A stretch of DNA of 64,000 nucleotides from a virus (lineage: Duplodnaviria; Caudoviricetes), in IMG/VR virus record IMGVR_UViG_3300015607_001184, positions 4,082 through 68,081 of that record. One strand, 5' to 3'. The position numbers and the translations under genes are program-made. Below the pieces are notes generated by a model, which saw nothing but the letters and a program-made list of their open reading frames with translations, had not been told where the DNA came from and did no database searches. Positions 50,531-58,360 of the stretch are shown here, one piece after another; the stretch's first letter is position 1; each line of letters opens with the position of its first letter.

Positions 50531-51896
50531 CGCCACGGGGCGGGTCATGGCCTTCCCGTTCTGGCGCGACGGCGAGGAGGTCAACACCAAGTACCGTGGC
50601 CCGCAGAAGCTGTTCTGGCAGCGCAAGGGCGGCCGGAAAGTGTTCTGGAACCGGGATTGCCTGAAGGACGAGCGTCTGGCCTCTGGCGCCCTGCCGCTGG
50701 TGATCTGCGAGGGCGAGATCGACGCGATGAGCCTGATGGCGCTGGTGCCGACCGTGGTGAGCGTGCCGGATGGCGCGCCGCCCGCCCGGGGCGCCGACGG
50801 CAGGCTGATTGAGGTCCCCGAGGGCGCTGACGACATCGTGGTCGGGGACGACACGAAATTCGAGTTCCTGCACGCCGACTGGGGTCTGCTGGCGAAGGTG
50901 AAGCGGATCATCATCGCGGTCGACGCGGACGAGCCGGGCCAGAGGCTGGCGAAGGAGCTGGTACGCAGGCTTGGCAAGCCGCGCTGCGAATTTGTCGAGT
51001 GGCAGGGCCACAAGGACGCCAACGAGGTGCTCTGCCACGAGGGGCTGCAGGCGCTATCGGATTGCTTCTACGACGCCAAGCCCTACCCGGTGAGCGGCAT
51101 CTACGGGCCGGACGACCTTCCGCCCCGCCAGCCGTTCGAATATGGCTCGACGCCGTGGGGGAGGCTGGACGAGATCCTGAAGCCGTACTGCCCGGCGCTG
51201 ACCATCGTCACCGGGTTCGCCAACCACGGCAAGAGCGCATGGACCATGCAGCTTGCCGCGCACCTCATGGCGCGCCACGACTGGCCGACGGCGGTTTCCT
51301 CTTTCGAGATGCTGCCGGAGGTGGTCCTGCACGCCATGGAGAGGGCGGCGGCGGAGAGCATCCCGGGGCCGAAGGTGGACGCCATGCGCCGGGCTCACGA
51401 GCTGATGCGAAACCGGCTGAAATTCATCTCGCCCGACCCCGAGCAGGACGAGGTGACGGACGTGGACTGGCTGCTCGACAGGGCGACGACATGCGTCATC
51501 CGCTATGGCATCAAGCACCTGATCCTCGACCCGTGGAACGAGATCGAGCACAACCGCCGCCGTGACGAATCGCTGACCGAGTACACCGGGCGGGCGTTGC
51601 GCAAGATCCACCGCTGGCGGCGCCAGATGGAGTGCTCTGTGACCATCGTGGCGCACCCGACCAAGAGCGCAGCGGCCAAGGACCCGGAAGACCTGACGCT
51701 CTACGACGTGAGCGACTCGGCGCACTTCGCGAACAAGGCCGACGTGGGCATCGTCGTGGCCCGTCTGGGGGACGTGGCGAACCCGCAGGAGCGCATGACG
51801 GGCGTCTACGTCAAGAAGGTGCGCTACCAGCCAGAGACGGGCCTGTTGGGCTCTGTGGAGCTTGTTTTTGACAGGGACGCGCGGACCTTCCATTGA
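50406..51896 (+). CDS. Toprim primase plus DnaB/RecA-like helicase (T7 gp4/Twinkle-like) lacking ZBD
   Basis: VNTKYR, ICEGEIDAMS, SVPDGA, VDADEPG, KDANEVL; Walker A TGFANHGKS; LILDPWN, VAHPTK, DVSDSAHF.NKAD. Confidence 0.92.
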   Translation: MTEINPDHRRWLIEERRLDPDVVRRMGIYSVARQPDGSAVPDATGRVMAFPFWRDGEEVNTKYRGPQKLFWQRKGGRKVFWNRDCLKDERLASGALPLVICEGEIDAMSLMALVPTVVSVPDGAPPARGADGRLIEVPEGADDIVVGDDTKFEFLHADWGLLAKVKRIIIAVDADEPGQRLAKELVRRLGKPRCEFVEWQGHKDANEVLCHEGLQALSDCFYDAKPYPVSGIYGPDDLPPRQPFEYGSTPWGRLDEILKPYCPALTIVTGFANHGKSAWTMQLAAHLMARHDWPTAVSSFEMLPEVVLHAMERAAAESIPGPKVDAMRRAHELMRNRLKFISPDPEQDEVTDVDWLLDRATTCVIRYGIKHLILDPWNEIEHNRRRDESLTEYTGRALRKIHRWRRQMECSVTIVAHPTKSAAAKDPEDLTLYDVSDSAHFANKADVGIVVARLGDVANPQERMTGVYVKKVRYQPETGLLGSVELVFDRDARTFH

Positions 51897-52020
51897 CAGG
51901 CCCTGCGCGCCGGTGCAGTGTCGCATCACGAGGTGGCGAGCCGCACGACACTTGCTGCCTCTCTTGGCCCCGACGCTATGGCAGATTTCGCAGTCCTCCA
52001 CGAGCGTCGGGGCCGCTCAA

Positions 52021-52131
52021 TCACCGCACACACCAAAGATACCAGCGCACCAGCAGAAACCCCGCCGCAAGCGCGAGGCCTGCGACGGGGCAGAGAAGCC
52101 CTGTAAGGGCGATGGCGATGGCGACGGCCAT
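52021..52131 (-). CDS. 36-aa hydrophobic membrane peptide
   Basis: Hand translation MAVAIAIALTGLLCPVAGLALAAGFLLVRWYLWCVR; below track cutoff. Confidence 0.35.
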   Translation of the reverse strand: MAVAIAIALTGLLCPVAGLALAAGFLLVRWYLWCVR

Positions 52132-52135
52132 GCGG

Positions 52136-52420
52136 TCAATCCACGTAGAACTGGTCCCGGTAGAGCAGGCCGCGCTTGGCGTAGCCGCACCATTTCTTTT
52201 GGGCGGTCGTCAGGTCTGTGAGAACCGCCGGAGGCAGCTTGCAGGTGCTGCTGAGCGCCAGCAGGTCGCTGAGCATGCGGCATCCCGTGTCGCCCGTCAT
52301 GCCCTGTGGACCGCTCAGCCACGAGGCTGTCTCACGATGCTTGGCTTCGTAGGTGGTGCAGTCGGCGAGCGCCGGGGCCGTAGCCGCGACAGCCGCCGCA
52401 ATGATGAATGCACGCAACAT
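52136..52420 (-). CDS. Small exported protein with signal peptide and four Cys
   Basis: MLRAFIIAAAVAATAPALA-D cleavage pattern; GGAG RBS. Confidence 0.65.
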   Translation of the reverse strand: MLRAFIIAAAVAATAPALADCTTYEAKHRETASWLSGPQGMTGDTGCRMLSDLLALSSTCKLPPAVLTDLTTAQKKWCGYAKRGLLYRDQFYVD

Positions 52421-52485
52421 GGTCGTCTCCGTTCTGGGCTACCCGCCCCTGAGCCGGGCACCGTGGCGCCCGGCTGGGGGGAAGG

Positions 52486-52767
52486 TCAGGCCCGCTCTGG
52501 GGCGTGCTCAAACCATGCGTTGGCGATTAGCCCAACGACGGAGCGTATCTTGCCCTCGACCAGCAGCTTCCCGGCTTTCACGCCCCGGTCATAATGATTG
52601 GTGCGCTCGTGGTGGACGATGGCAACCAGCGCGGGCGCGTGCTTGTGTGGGAATGCGGAAATGGTGAGCCAAGGCTCGCCGTCCTCGGCGTTGCTGATAA
52701 CGGAAACGCCGCTCGTTGTCTCGATGCTGAATGTGCCGATGCCGGGCACGGTGAAGATGTCGGCCAT
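52486..52767 (-). CDS. Hypothetical protein
   Basis: AAGGA RBS. Confidence 0.6.
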   Translation of the reverse strand: MADIFTVPGIGTFSIETTSGVSVISNAEDGEPWLTISAFPHKHAPALVAIVHHERTNHYDRGVKAGKLLVEGKIRSVVGLIANAWFEHAPERA

Positions 52768-52792
52768 GTCGCAGTCCTTTCGGTTGAGGTGG

Positions 52793-53266
52793 CTATCCAC
52801 CCGTGCCCTGCCGCAGGTACGCGGCGAGGCGGTCAAAAACGGTGGGGTCGGTGACCCCGCCTTTGATCTTATTCGCGGCCCACGAGATGACGTGGACGTT
52901 TCCCTTCACGTAGCCCTTGGAAGGCACCAGCCGGTCCAAGGTAGGCGAGCCGGGAGCCAACTTTCCCTCGCCGATGGAAAGGGGAATGCCGAGCACCGGG
53001 CAAGCATCTGGCGCCGTGATGTCCTCCGGCGTCAGGTCGAAGGGCACACCCTCTGCCCGAGCCCGCCGCCGGGCGCCTTGCAGGACCAGCGCCGCCCAGC
53101 GTCTCGGCGTCCGGTACTTTTCGCGTTGCTTGGCGCGGTACTCCGGCGTTCGCCTCTTGGCTAGGTCGCATGCCTTGCAGTCGGGAGCCCGGCCATCCCT
53201 CACCCCAACCTGCCGGTTGAAGGCAGGTAGGGGCTTGGCGATGCCGCAGGAGCGGCAGGTCTTCAT
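52793..53266 (-). CDS. HNH-type endonuclease with N-terminal Zn finger
   Basis: KTCRSC..KP..F, CKAC, CPVLG, PTLDRL.P.KGYVKGNV.VIS..AN.IK. Confidence 0.85.
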   Translation of the reverse strand: MKTCRSCGIAKPLPAFNRQVGVRDGRAPDCKACDLAKRRTPEYRAKQREKYRTPRRWAALVLQGARRRARAEGVPFDLTPEDITAPDACPVLGIPLSIGEGKLAPGSPTLDRLVPSKGYVKGNVHVISWAANKIKGGVTDPTVFDRLAAYLRQGTGG

Positions 53267-54162
53267 CAGGCAGCCTTTTTCAGCGAAGCAAAGTGTTCCG
53301 TAATAAGCCACAAAGCCTGATTTACGCGAACCGTCTGGTCGATGCCCTTCACCTCGCGGGTCCGGGTGATGCGCTGAGCGCCCTCGCGGCGGCCGGTGAG
53401 CCCGCCCCGGATGGCATTCTCCTGCACGATGTTGAACGTGGTCCACAGCTGGTTGCGGGTCTGGCGATCCTCCCAGCGGCGCGTCGTGAGGAGCTGCTCC
53501 GGCTGGATCGGGGTCTGCTCCTCTTCCGTCTCGGCGACGCCGAAGCGGGCGACGTGGGCGGCCTGAGCGAGCAGCAGCTGCTCGTCGCGGTTGACGCCGA
53601 TCTGGGCCCAGTCCTCCGCTTTCCCGAGAACCGTCTCGGCCGTCTGCAGCACCTTGAAGGTGCCGTCGATGACCTTCGACTGCACGTCGCCGGAGTGGCG
53701 CACCTTGACCGAGTCGACCTCACCGGCGTTGGCCACCAGCGAGTTCAGGCACAGGATCCGGAACAGGCCAGCGTAGAGGTCGTAGGCGGCGGTGCCGTCG
53801 TTGGCGTTGCGCAGCAGGATCTCGAAAACCGAGTCGCCGGTGCGAAACTGGCGGCCACCGTTGATGTCGTCGAGGCGGCGCAGGCGAAGCAGGTGCTTGG
53901 TGAACTCGCGCTTGCTGGCGTCGCGGGTGCGGGACTGCACGGCGCCGACGACGGCGAAGCCCTCACGGCGCAGGCCGCGCAGCACTTCGATGGTCGGGAT
54001 CGGCTGGAAGCGCTCGGAACGGCTCTCGTGCTTGTCGAGCGCAAAGACGGACGGGGCGGCGCGGTAAAGCTCGGCCTCGGTCAGCTCGCGGGCGGCGCCG
54101 TCGAAGCGGGCGGTGTTGGTGTAGACGCGGGCGTCGGCGATGTTGCGGGTGATGGTGTTCAT
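53266..54162 (-). CDS. DUF932-family protein
   Basis: APSVFA..HESRSERF..IPT.EV..L..EGF, FTKH.LRLR, L.NANDGT.AY...AGLFR..CLN.LV. Confidence 0.88.
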   Translation of the reverse strand: MNTITRNIADARVYTNTARFDGAARELTEAELYRAAPSVFALDKHESRSERFQPIPTIEVLRGLRREGFAVVGAVQSRTRDASKREFTKHLLRLRRLDDINGGRQFRTGDSVFEILLRNANDGTAAYDLYAGLFRILCLNSLVANAGEVDSVKVRHSGDVQSKVIDGTFKVLQTAETVLGKAEDWAQIGVNRDEQLLLAQAAHVARFGVAETEEEQTPIQPEQLLTTRRWEDRQTRNQLWTTFNIVQENAIRGGLTGRREGAQRITRTREVKGIDQTVRVNQALWLITEHFASLKKAA

Positions 54163-54211
54163 GGAAGCAGTTCTCTCGATGCCCGGGGTCACCGCGACCC
54201 CGTTGATGTGA

Positions 54212-54242
54212 TCTATATGCCGATATGGCATCTTTGTCTAGA
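54212..54242 (-). promoter_or_regulatory. Sigma70-type promoter with ATGCC-N5-GGCAT operator in spacer
   Basis: Minus strand TAGACA, 17 nt, TATAGAT; palindrome at 54217-54231. Confidence 0.7.
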
Positions 54243-54264
54243 CAGAAAATGAAGGTGGGTAGAA

Positions 54265-54522
54265 TTATTTTTCGGGGCGCATGGCGGCGCGGGCGCGGCC
54301 AATGAGCCGGAAATACACGTCGGGGCGCTTCGCCTCTAAGGGCAGATCTTGGAAGTCAACGATGTCTCGAAGCGCTTCCCGCAGCCTGTCCCGCTCGGCT
54401 TCCAGCGCCTCGATGCGGTCGGCGGCCTCGTCGTCTAGCTTGGCGTGATATTCCTTGTGTGAACGGTTCATAGCGCGCGTGGCAAATGCGCGATGCCGCA
54501 ACCTCTCCACCAAATCACTCAC
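54265..54522 (-). CDS. Hypothetical protein
   Basis: SDLVERLR...EAADRIEALE pattern typical of phage small-gene clusters. Confidence 0.65.
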   Translation of the reverse strand: MSDLVERLRHRAFATRAMNRSHKEYHAKLDDEAADRIEALEAERDRLREALRDIVDFQDLPLEAKRPDVYFRLIGRARAAMRPEK

Positions 54523-54740
54523 CCCACCCTCCTCTTGCTCCCGCCCGAGGCGGGCTGCTGCCAACGCTTGCGCGACATAGCGACGCCGCCGTTGCAGTCA
54601 CGACAGACCCACGCATCCCAGAATGAGCGGTCGGCTGCATACTCAGGCTCGCCAATGTCCCAGCAGAGGGAAACGCCGCAATCATTGCAGATCGGCGTCA
54701 GGGAACCGTCCATGGTTCCTTTGTGCTTGTGGACGCCCAT
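54519..54740 (-). CDS. Small Zn-finger protein
   Basis: CNDCG and CRDCN. Confidence 0.6.
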   Translation of the reverse strand: MGVHKHKGTMDGSLTPICNDCGVSLCWDIGEPEYAADRSFWDAWVCRDCNGGVAMSRKRWQQPASGGSKRRVG

Positions 54741-54753
54741 CCCATCCCTCCCT

Positions 54754-54966
54754 TTATTCGCCTTCGTCTTTGTCTTCGTCTTCCTCGGGCGGGAGGAGGC
54801 TGTTGCCGTCCTCGTCTTCCCACCCCATCGCTATCCGGCGCTGGCGCTCGCGCTCCGTCCGAGCGCGCCTCTGCTCGATCTTCTCGGGCGTGCTGCGGCG
54901 GTCGTGGTCCGCTGCGTTTTCGCGGGCGACTTCGGCAAACGCATCGTCCATCCAATTGTCACTCAT
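54754..54966 (-). CDS. Hypothetical acidic protein
   Basis: ORF with GGAG upstream. Confidence 0.6.
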   Translation of the reverse strand: MSDNWMDDAFAEVARENAADHDRRSTPEKIEQRRARTERERQRRIAMGWEDEDGNSLLPPEEDEDKDEGE

Positions 54967-54967
54967 C

Positions 54968-55165
54968 TCACTGCTCCAACTTGTTGAGGTTGTGGTCGGC
55001 GGTTAGTACGGCGCGGCACTGCTCAATGCGCCGCTCTGCCTCTTCGGCGTTGCGCCGATAGATGCGGGCGCCTTCGACCGTCTTTGCCGTCTTCGCGAAG
55101 GCACGGCATGACGCCGCATACATTGGGAGGCTGCGAAGGTAGTAGCGGGCTTCGTCGGCGGTCAT
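54968..55165 (-). CDS. Hypothetical protein
   Basis: AGGAG RBS; first gene after promoter. Confidence 0.65.
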   Translation of the reverse strand: MTADEARYYLRSLPMYAASCRAFAKTAKTVEGARIYRRNAEEAERRIEQCRAVLTADHNLNKLEQ

Positions 55166-55189
55166 CTCGTGTCTCCTGACTTAACCCTA

Positions 55190-55218
55190 CATATATGCCA
55201 TATCGGCATGAAGATCAA
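55190..55218 (-). promoter_or_regulatory. Sigma70-type promoter with ATGCC-N5-GGCAT operator in spacer
   Basis: Minus strand TTGATC, 17 nt, TATATG; palindrome at 55195-55209. Confidence 0.7.
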
Positions 55219-55310
55219 GCACTACCTCAGCCTGTGGAGAACCTTTTTTCGAGCCTTGCCGCAGCCGCAGAAATGATAGACTGGACAACAGATTCGCGAG
55301 GGGCTGCTGC

Positions 55311-55673
55311 ATGTCCGAGCTGGATGAGACGCGGGCGCTGTACGAGGCGCGGCTCAAGGTCTTTGAGACGGCAGCTCGGCTGTGCGAGGCGAGCGTCACC
55401 CCTCAGCGGGTGTCGGAGATGATCGACGTGGTCGAGGCCCGCCTGCTGTCGGCCAATTTGCAGCGGTGCTTCGCGGTCGCGATGAAGGAAGACGGGAAGA
55501 CGCTGTTCTTTGCTGGATGGGCTGGCCCGTACCCGGCGTGGTCCGATTCGGCGCGCACGGCCATCGCCTTCGCCCGGCAGAGCGACGCCTCCGAGTTCAT
55601 CGAGACGCTGCCTCTGGATGAGCCGGAGGGGCGCGAGCGGATGTTCGTTCAGGTGATTGGAGGTCCGCTGTGA
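55311..55673 (+). CDS. Hypothetical protein
   Basis: GAGGG RBS; GC-ending codons. Confidence 0.65.
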   Translation: MSELDETRALYEARLKVFETAARLCEASVTPQRVSEMIDVVEARLLSANLQRCFAVAMKEDGKTLFFAGWAGPYPAWSDSARTAIAFARQSDASEFIETLPLDEPEGRERMFVQVIGGPL

Positions 55674-55900
55674 TGCTCGACCGACCCTCGCCGGGGGAAT
55701 TCGTGGACGCCGAGCCGGACTTCTCCGGCATGGGCGCCCGCCTCGTCGGCGGCTTTCTGTTCACGCTGTTGTCGTTCCTCGCGGCGTGCTGCGCCAGCGT
55801 CCTCGACGACAGCTTCATTCGCATCTGGTTCGTCTGCGCCGCCGCCATGATCGGGCTGGTGGCGCTGATCTGTTTTGTTTGGGCCGTGGTGGAGGCGTGA
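55670..55900 (+). CDS. Two-TM membrane protein
   Basis: Two hydrophobic segments; GGAGG RBS. Confidence 0.6.
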   Translation: MMLDRPSPGEFVDAEPDFSGMGARLVGGFLFTLLSFLAACCASVLDDSFIRIWFVCAAAMIGLVALICFVWAVVEA

Positions 55901-56274
55901 TGAGCAAGGGCGAGAAGAGCGCGCTGGATCGCGTGTTGGAAAATGCCGACGCGGAACTGGCAAGGATCAGCGCGGAGGCGGAAGAGGCGGACGACGACGC
56001 TGCGTCCGAGTTTGGCGACTTTGAGGCAGCGCAGGCTCCCCAGCCGCAGGATCTGCCGTTCTGGGCGCCCCCCTTGGACCCCGGCCTCGACGCTCTGGTG
56101 CGCATCGCCGAAGGCGAGGCCAGCTGCGGGGCGTGCGTGTTCTTCGCGGCAGCCGAGCGCGAGTGCCGCAAGGCGCCTCCGCCGCGCGGATCTGGCCAGC
56201 AATGGCCCACCGTGGCCGCCAATGCGTGGTGCGGGGAATTCCTCGCCGCCGACCTGTTCCTGACCGGCACCTGA
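55900..56274 (+). CDS. Acidic protein with C-terminal Cys cluster
   Basis: SCGAC.FF...EC...PP, WP.V...WCGEF. Confidence 0.6.
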   Translation: MSKGEKSALDRVLENADAELARISAEAEEADDDAASEFGDFEAAQAPQPQDLPFWAPPLDPGLDALVRIAEGEASCGACVFFAAAERECRKAPPPRGSGQQWPTVAANAWCGEFLAADLFLTGT

Positions 56275-56504
56275 TGGCGCGGGCCTACCAGCGCGGCGAG
56301 ACGGTGTTCGCGGCGATGCTGTCGCATGCGACGTGGCGCAGAGGCTTCGGCTATGCGGCGCGCTTCGACCGCACGAAGCCCCTGACGGCGCATGTGGCGC
56401 ATGACCTGATCCGCAACGAAGGCTGCGACACGATGGACGTGGCCCTCTGGTGGGGCGTCCCCGAGCACTTCGTCTACAATCTGCTGCGGCAGGTGACGGC
56501 ATGA
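56274..56504 (+). CDS. Hypothetical protein, possible HTH
   Basis: TGATG coupling; DVALWWGVPEHFVYNLL. Confidence 0.55.
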   Translation: MARAYQRGETVFAAMLSHATWRRGFGYAARFDRTKPLTAHVAHDLIRNEGCDTMDVALWWGVPEHFVYNLLRQVTA

Positions 56505-56941
56505 CCGCGCTGCAGCGGAAGTCCGATTACACGGCGCAGGTCGAGATCGGCGACGCCTTGGCGCAGGCGTTCGGCGTGGTGGTGCGCCATCATTTCGACC
56601 AGTTCGCGCCCATCGACACGTATGCCCTCATCGACGACCGCACGGTGGGTTACGCGGAGATCAAGGATCGCGACCACGCGGCGCACTTCAAGACGGTCTA
56701 CGTGTCGGTCCGCAAATGGGGGAACCTGCATCTCTACGGCAGCAGGCTGAAGGTGGTGCCGCTCTTTGTGGCGCGCTTCACCGACGGCACGATCCGCTGG
56801 CTGGATGTGCGCGGCACGGGCGGCGACGTGTGGTATCGCGGGCGCCGCGACAGGGGGCTCAACAACGACATGGAGCCGATGCTGGAGGTGCCCACGACGC
56901 TGTTCTCGATCCTCGGCGACGGGCGCAACCCGTGGATGTGA
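56501..56941 (+). CDS. PD-(D/E)XK restriction-endonuclease-like protein
   Basis: PID....YAEIK.R catalytic pattern; R.DR...D.EP. Confidence 0.75.
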   Translation: MTALQRKSDYTAQVEIGDALAQAFGVVVRHHFDQFAPIDTYALIDDRTVGYAEIKDRDHAAHFKTVYVSVRKWGNLHLYGSRLKVVPLFVARFTDGTIRWLDVRGTGGDVWYRGRRDRGLNNDMEPMLEVPTTLFSILGDGRNPWM

Positions 56942-57117
56942 TCGAGCACTGGCTGAACATCTATGAGCGGCCCGACGGCACGCAATATGCCGGTATTGCA
57001 TGGACGAACAGGGCGCTGTGCCTGAGGCAGGTGAGGGTGGCTGGCGTGCGCCTCGTCTATCGCCTCCACGTCCGTCTGCACAACCGGCCCCAAGCTGTGG
57101 TAGGGGCTGGAGAATGA
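56938..57117 (+). CDS. Hypothetical protein
   Basis: Coupled GTG start; WLNIYE. Confidence 0.5.
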   Translation: MIEHWLNIYERPDGTQYAGIAWTNRALCLRQVRVAGVRLVYRLHVRLHNRPQAVVGAGE

Positions 57118-57308
57118 GCGATCCTGACGAGCCTGAAAACGATGAGGTGGTGGATGTCCCGTGGGCGCGCATCCGCGCTGGCGAGTGGCGTCCTGCCACG
57201 GTGCTGGAGGATCGGGTGAAGGATCTGGAGCAGGCGTTCGCGCAGCTCGACGAGCGCCTCAACGCGCTGCAGGGAACCGTTGACAGGCTGGGGAGGGCTG
57301 TGAAGTGA
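57114..57308 (+). CDS. Small coiled-coil protein
   Basis: GGAG RBS; LEDRVKDLE heptads. Confidence 0.55.
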   Translation: MSDPDEPENDEVVDVPWARIRAGEWRPATVLEDRVKDLEQAFAQLDERLNALQGTVDRLGRAVK

Positions 57309-57508
57309 ACGTCGCAATCGAGAACGCCAACTTTCAGGCCTTCCACAAGCAGATGCCCAACGGCGAATCGATGTATGTCGTGGTCGACACGGGCAATGAC
57401 GTGCCCATCTGCTGGTGCACGGACGAGGGTGCTGCCCAGTGCATCGTGATCGCCCTGCAGACGATGGTCCGGCTCTCGCAGGAGAAGGGCACGGGGAGGC
57501 ATCACTGA
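57305..57508 (+). CDS. Hypothetical protein
   Basis: Coupled overlaps. Confidence 0.55.
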   Translation: MNVAIENANFQAFHKQMPNGESMYVVVDTGNDVPICWCTDEGAAQCIVIALQTMVRLSQEKGTGRHH

Positions 57509-57627
57509 TGCTGGTCTACACGCTGGACGAGGTCCTGTTCTTCGGCGGCAGCGCGGCGATCGTGCTGCTCGTCGTCGTGGGCGCCTGCGTCTCATGGGTG
57601 ATCCGCACCATCATGGGAGTGGAGTGA
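57508..57627 (+). CDS. 39-aa membrane peptide
   Basis: GGAGG RBS; single TM. Confidence 0.45.
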   Translation: MLVYTLDEVLFFGGSAAIVLLVVVGACVSWVIRTIMGVE

Positions 57628-57694
57628 GACAAATGCCGCCATTCGACCCCATGGGCGACGATGATCTCGACGACGACACAGAGGAGTGCGCCTG

Positions 57695-58360
57695 ATGCCC
57701 AGCCTGCCGAACGCGAGATGGGAAGCCTTCGCGCAGGCTCTGGCACGCGGCGAGACGCAGGCCGAGGCGTATCGGCAGGTGTATGGGAAAACCAGCTACG
57801 CCAGCGCCAGCACCCTTGCGAACCGACCCCCGGTTATTAAAAGGGTCGCCGAGCTGAGGCAGAAGGTTGAGGCGAAGATCGTTGCCAAGGTGGCTGCACC
57901 GGCGATTGCGGCCAACATTTCCAAGGCGCGAGTGGCTGAAGAGCTTGCGAAAATCGCTTTCGCTGACATTTCCAAGGCGGTTGTCTGGGGCACGCGGAAG
58001 GTCGCCGTTCAGCAGCAGGGGCGCAATGCAGGCGCCGTGGAGCTGACCGTCGAGGAGACGCGCACTTTCGTCGAGTTTCTCGACAGCGAGAGCCTGCCGC
58101 CTGAGATCACGGCGGCCATCTCTGAAATCAAAATGTCAGCAGAAGGCGCCATCACACTGAAATTCCACGACAAACGTGCCGCCCTCATGGACCTTGCGAA
58201 GCTCTTCGGCTGGGTGATCGAGCGCAAGGAGATCGGGCAGGCTGGGGAATTTGAGGACCGGACCGATGACGAGCTTGCCGCCATTATCGCGGGACGAGTT
58301 GATCCTGCGGGCCGCCGCCGCCAAGGAGCTAAGCCTGCGGGAGGTGAGACGCTTAACTGA
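57695..58360 (+). CDS. terS: Terminase small subunit
   Basis: N.RWEAFAQAL..G..QA.AY, IAFAD, ITLKFHDK..AL..L.K..G; upstream of TerL. Confidence 0.85.
   Translation: MPSLPNARWEAFAQALARGETQAEAYRQVYGKTSYASASTLANRPPVIKRVAELRQKVEAKIVAKVAAPAIAANISKARVAEELAKIAFADISKAVVWGTRKVAVQQQGRNAGAVELTVEETRTFVEFLDSESLPPEITAAISEIKMSAEGAITLKFHDKRAALMDLAKLFGWVIERKEIGQAGEFEDRTDDELAAIIAGRVDPAGRRRQGAKPAGGETLN

Noticed and set aside
52455-52480. GCCGGGC/GCCCGGC hairpin as terminator
   Set aside because: No U-tract on either strand.
55181-55195. TTAA-N7-TATA resembling a CtrA box
   Set aside because: Second half-site is mismatched and is fully explained by the -10 element; single occurrence.
55256-55282. Rightward promoter TTGCCG...TAGACT
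   Set aside because: Spacer of 15 nt is off-consensus; cannot be supported without TSS data.
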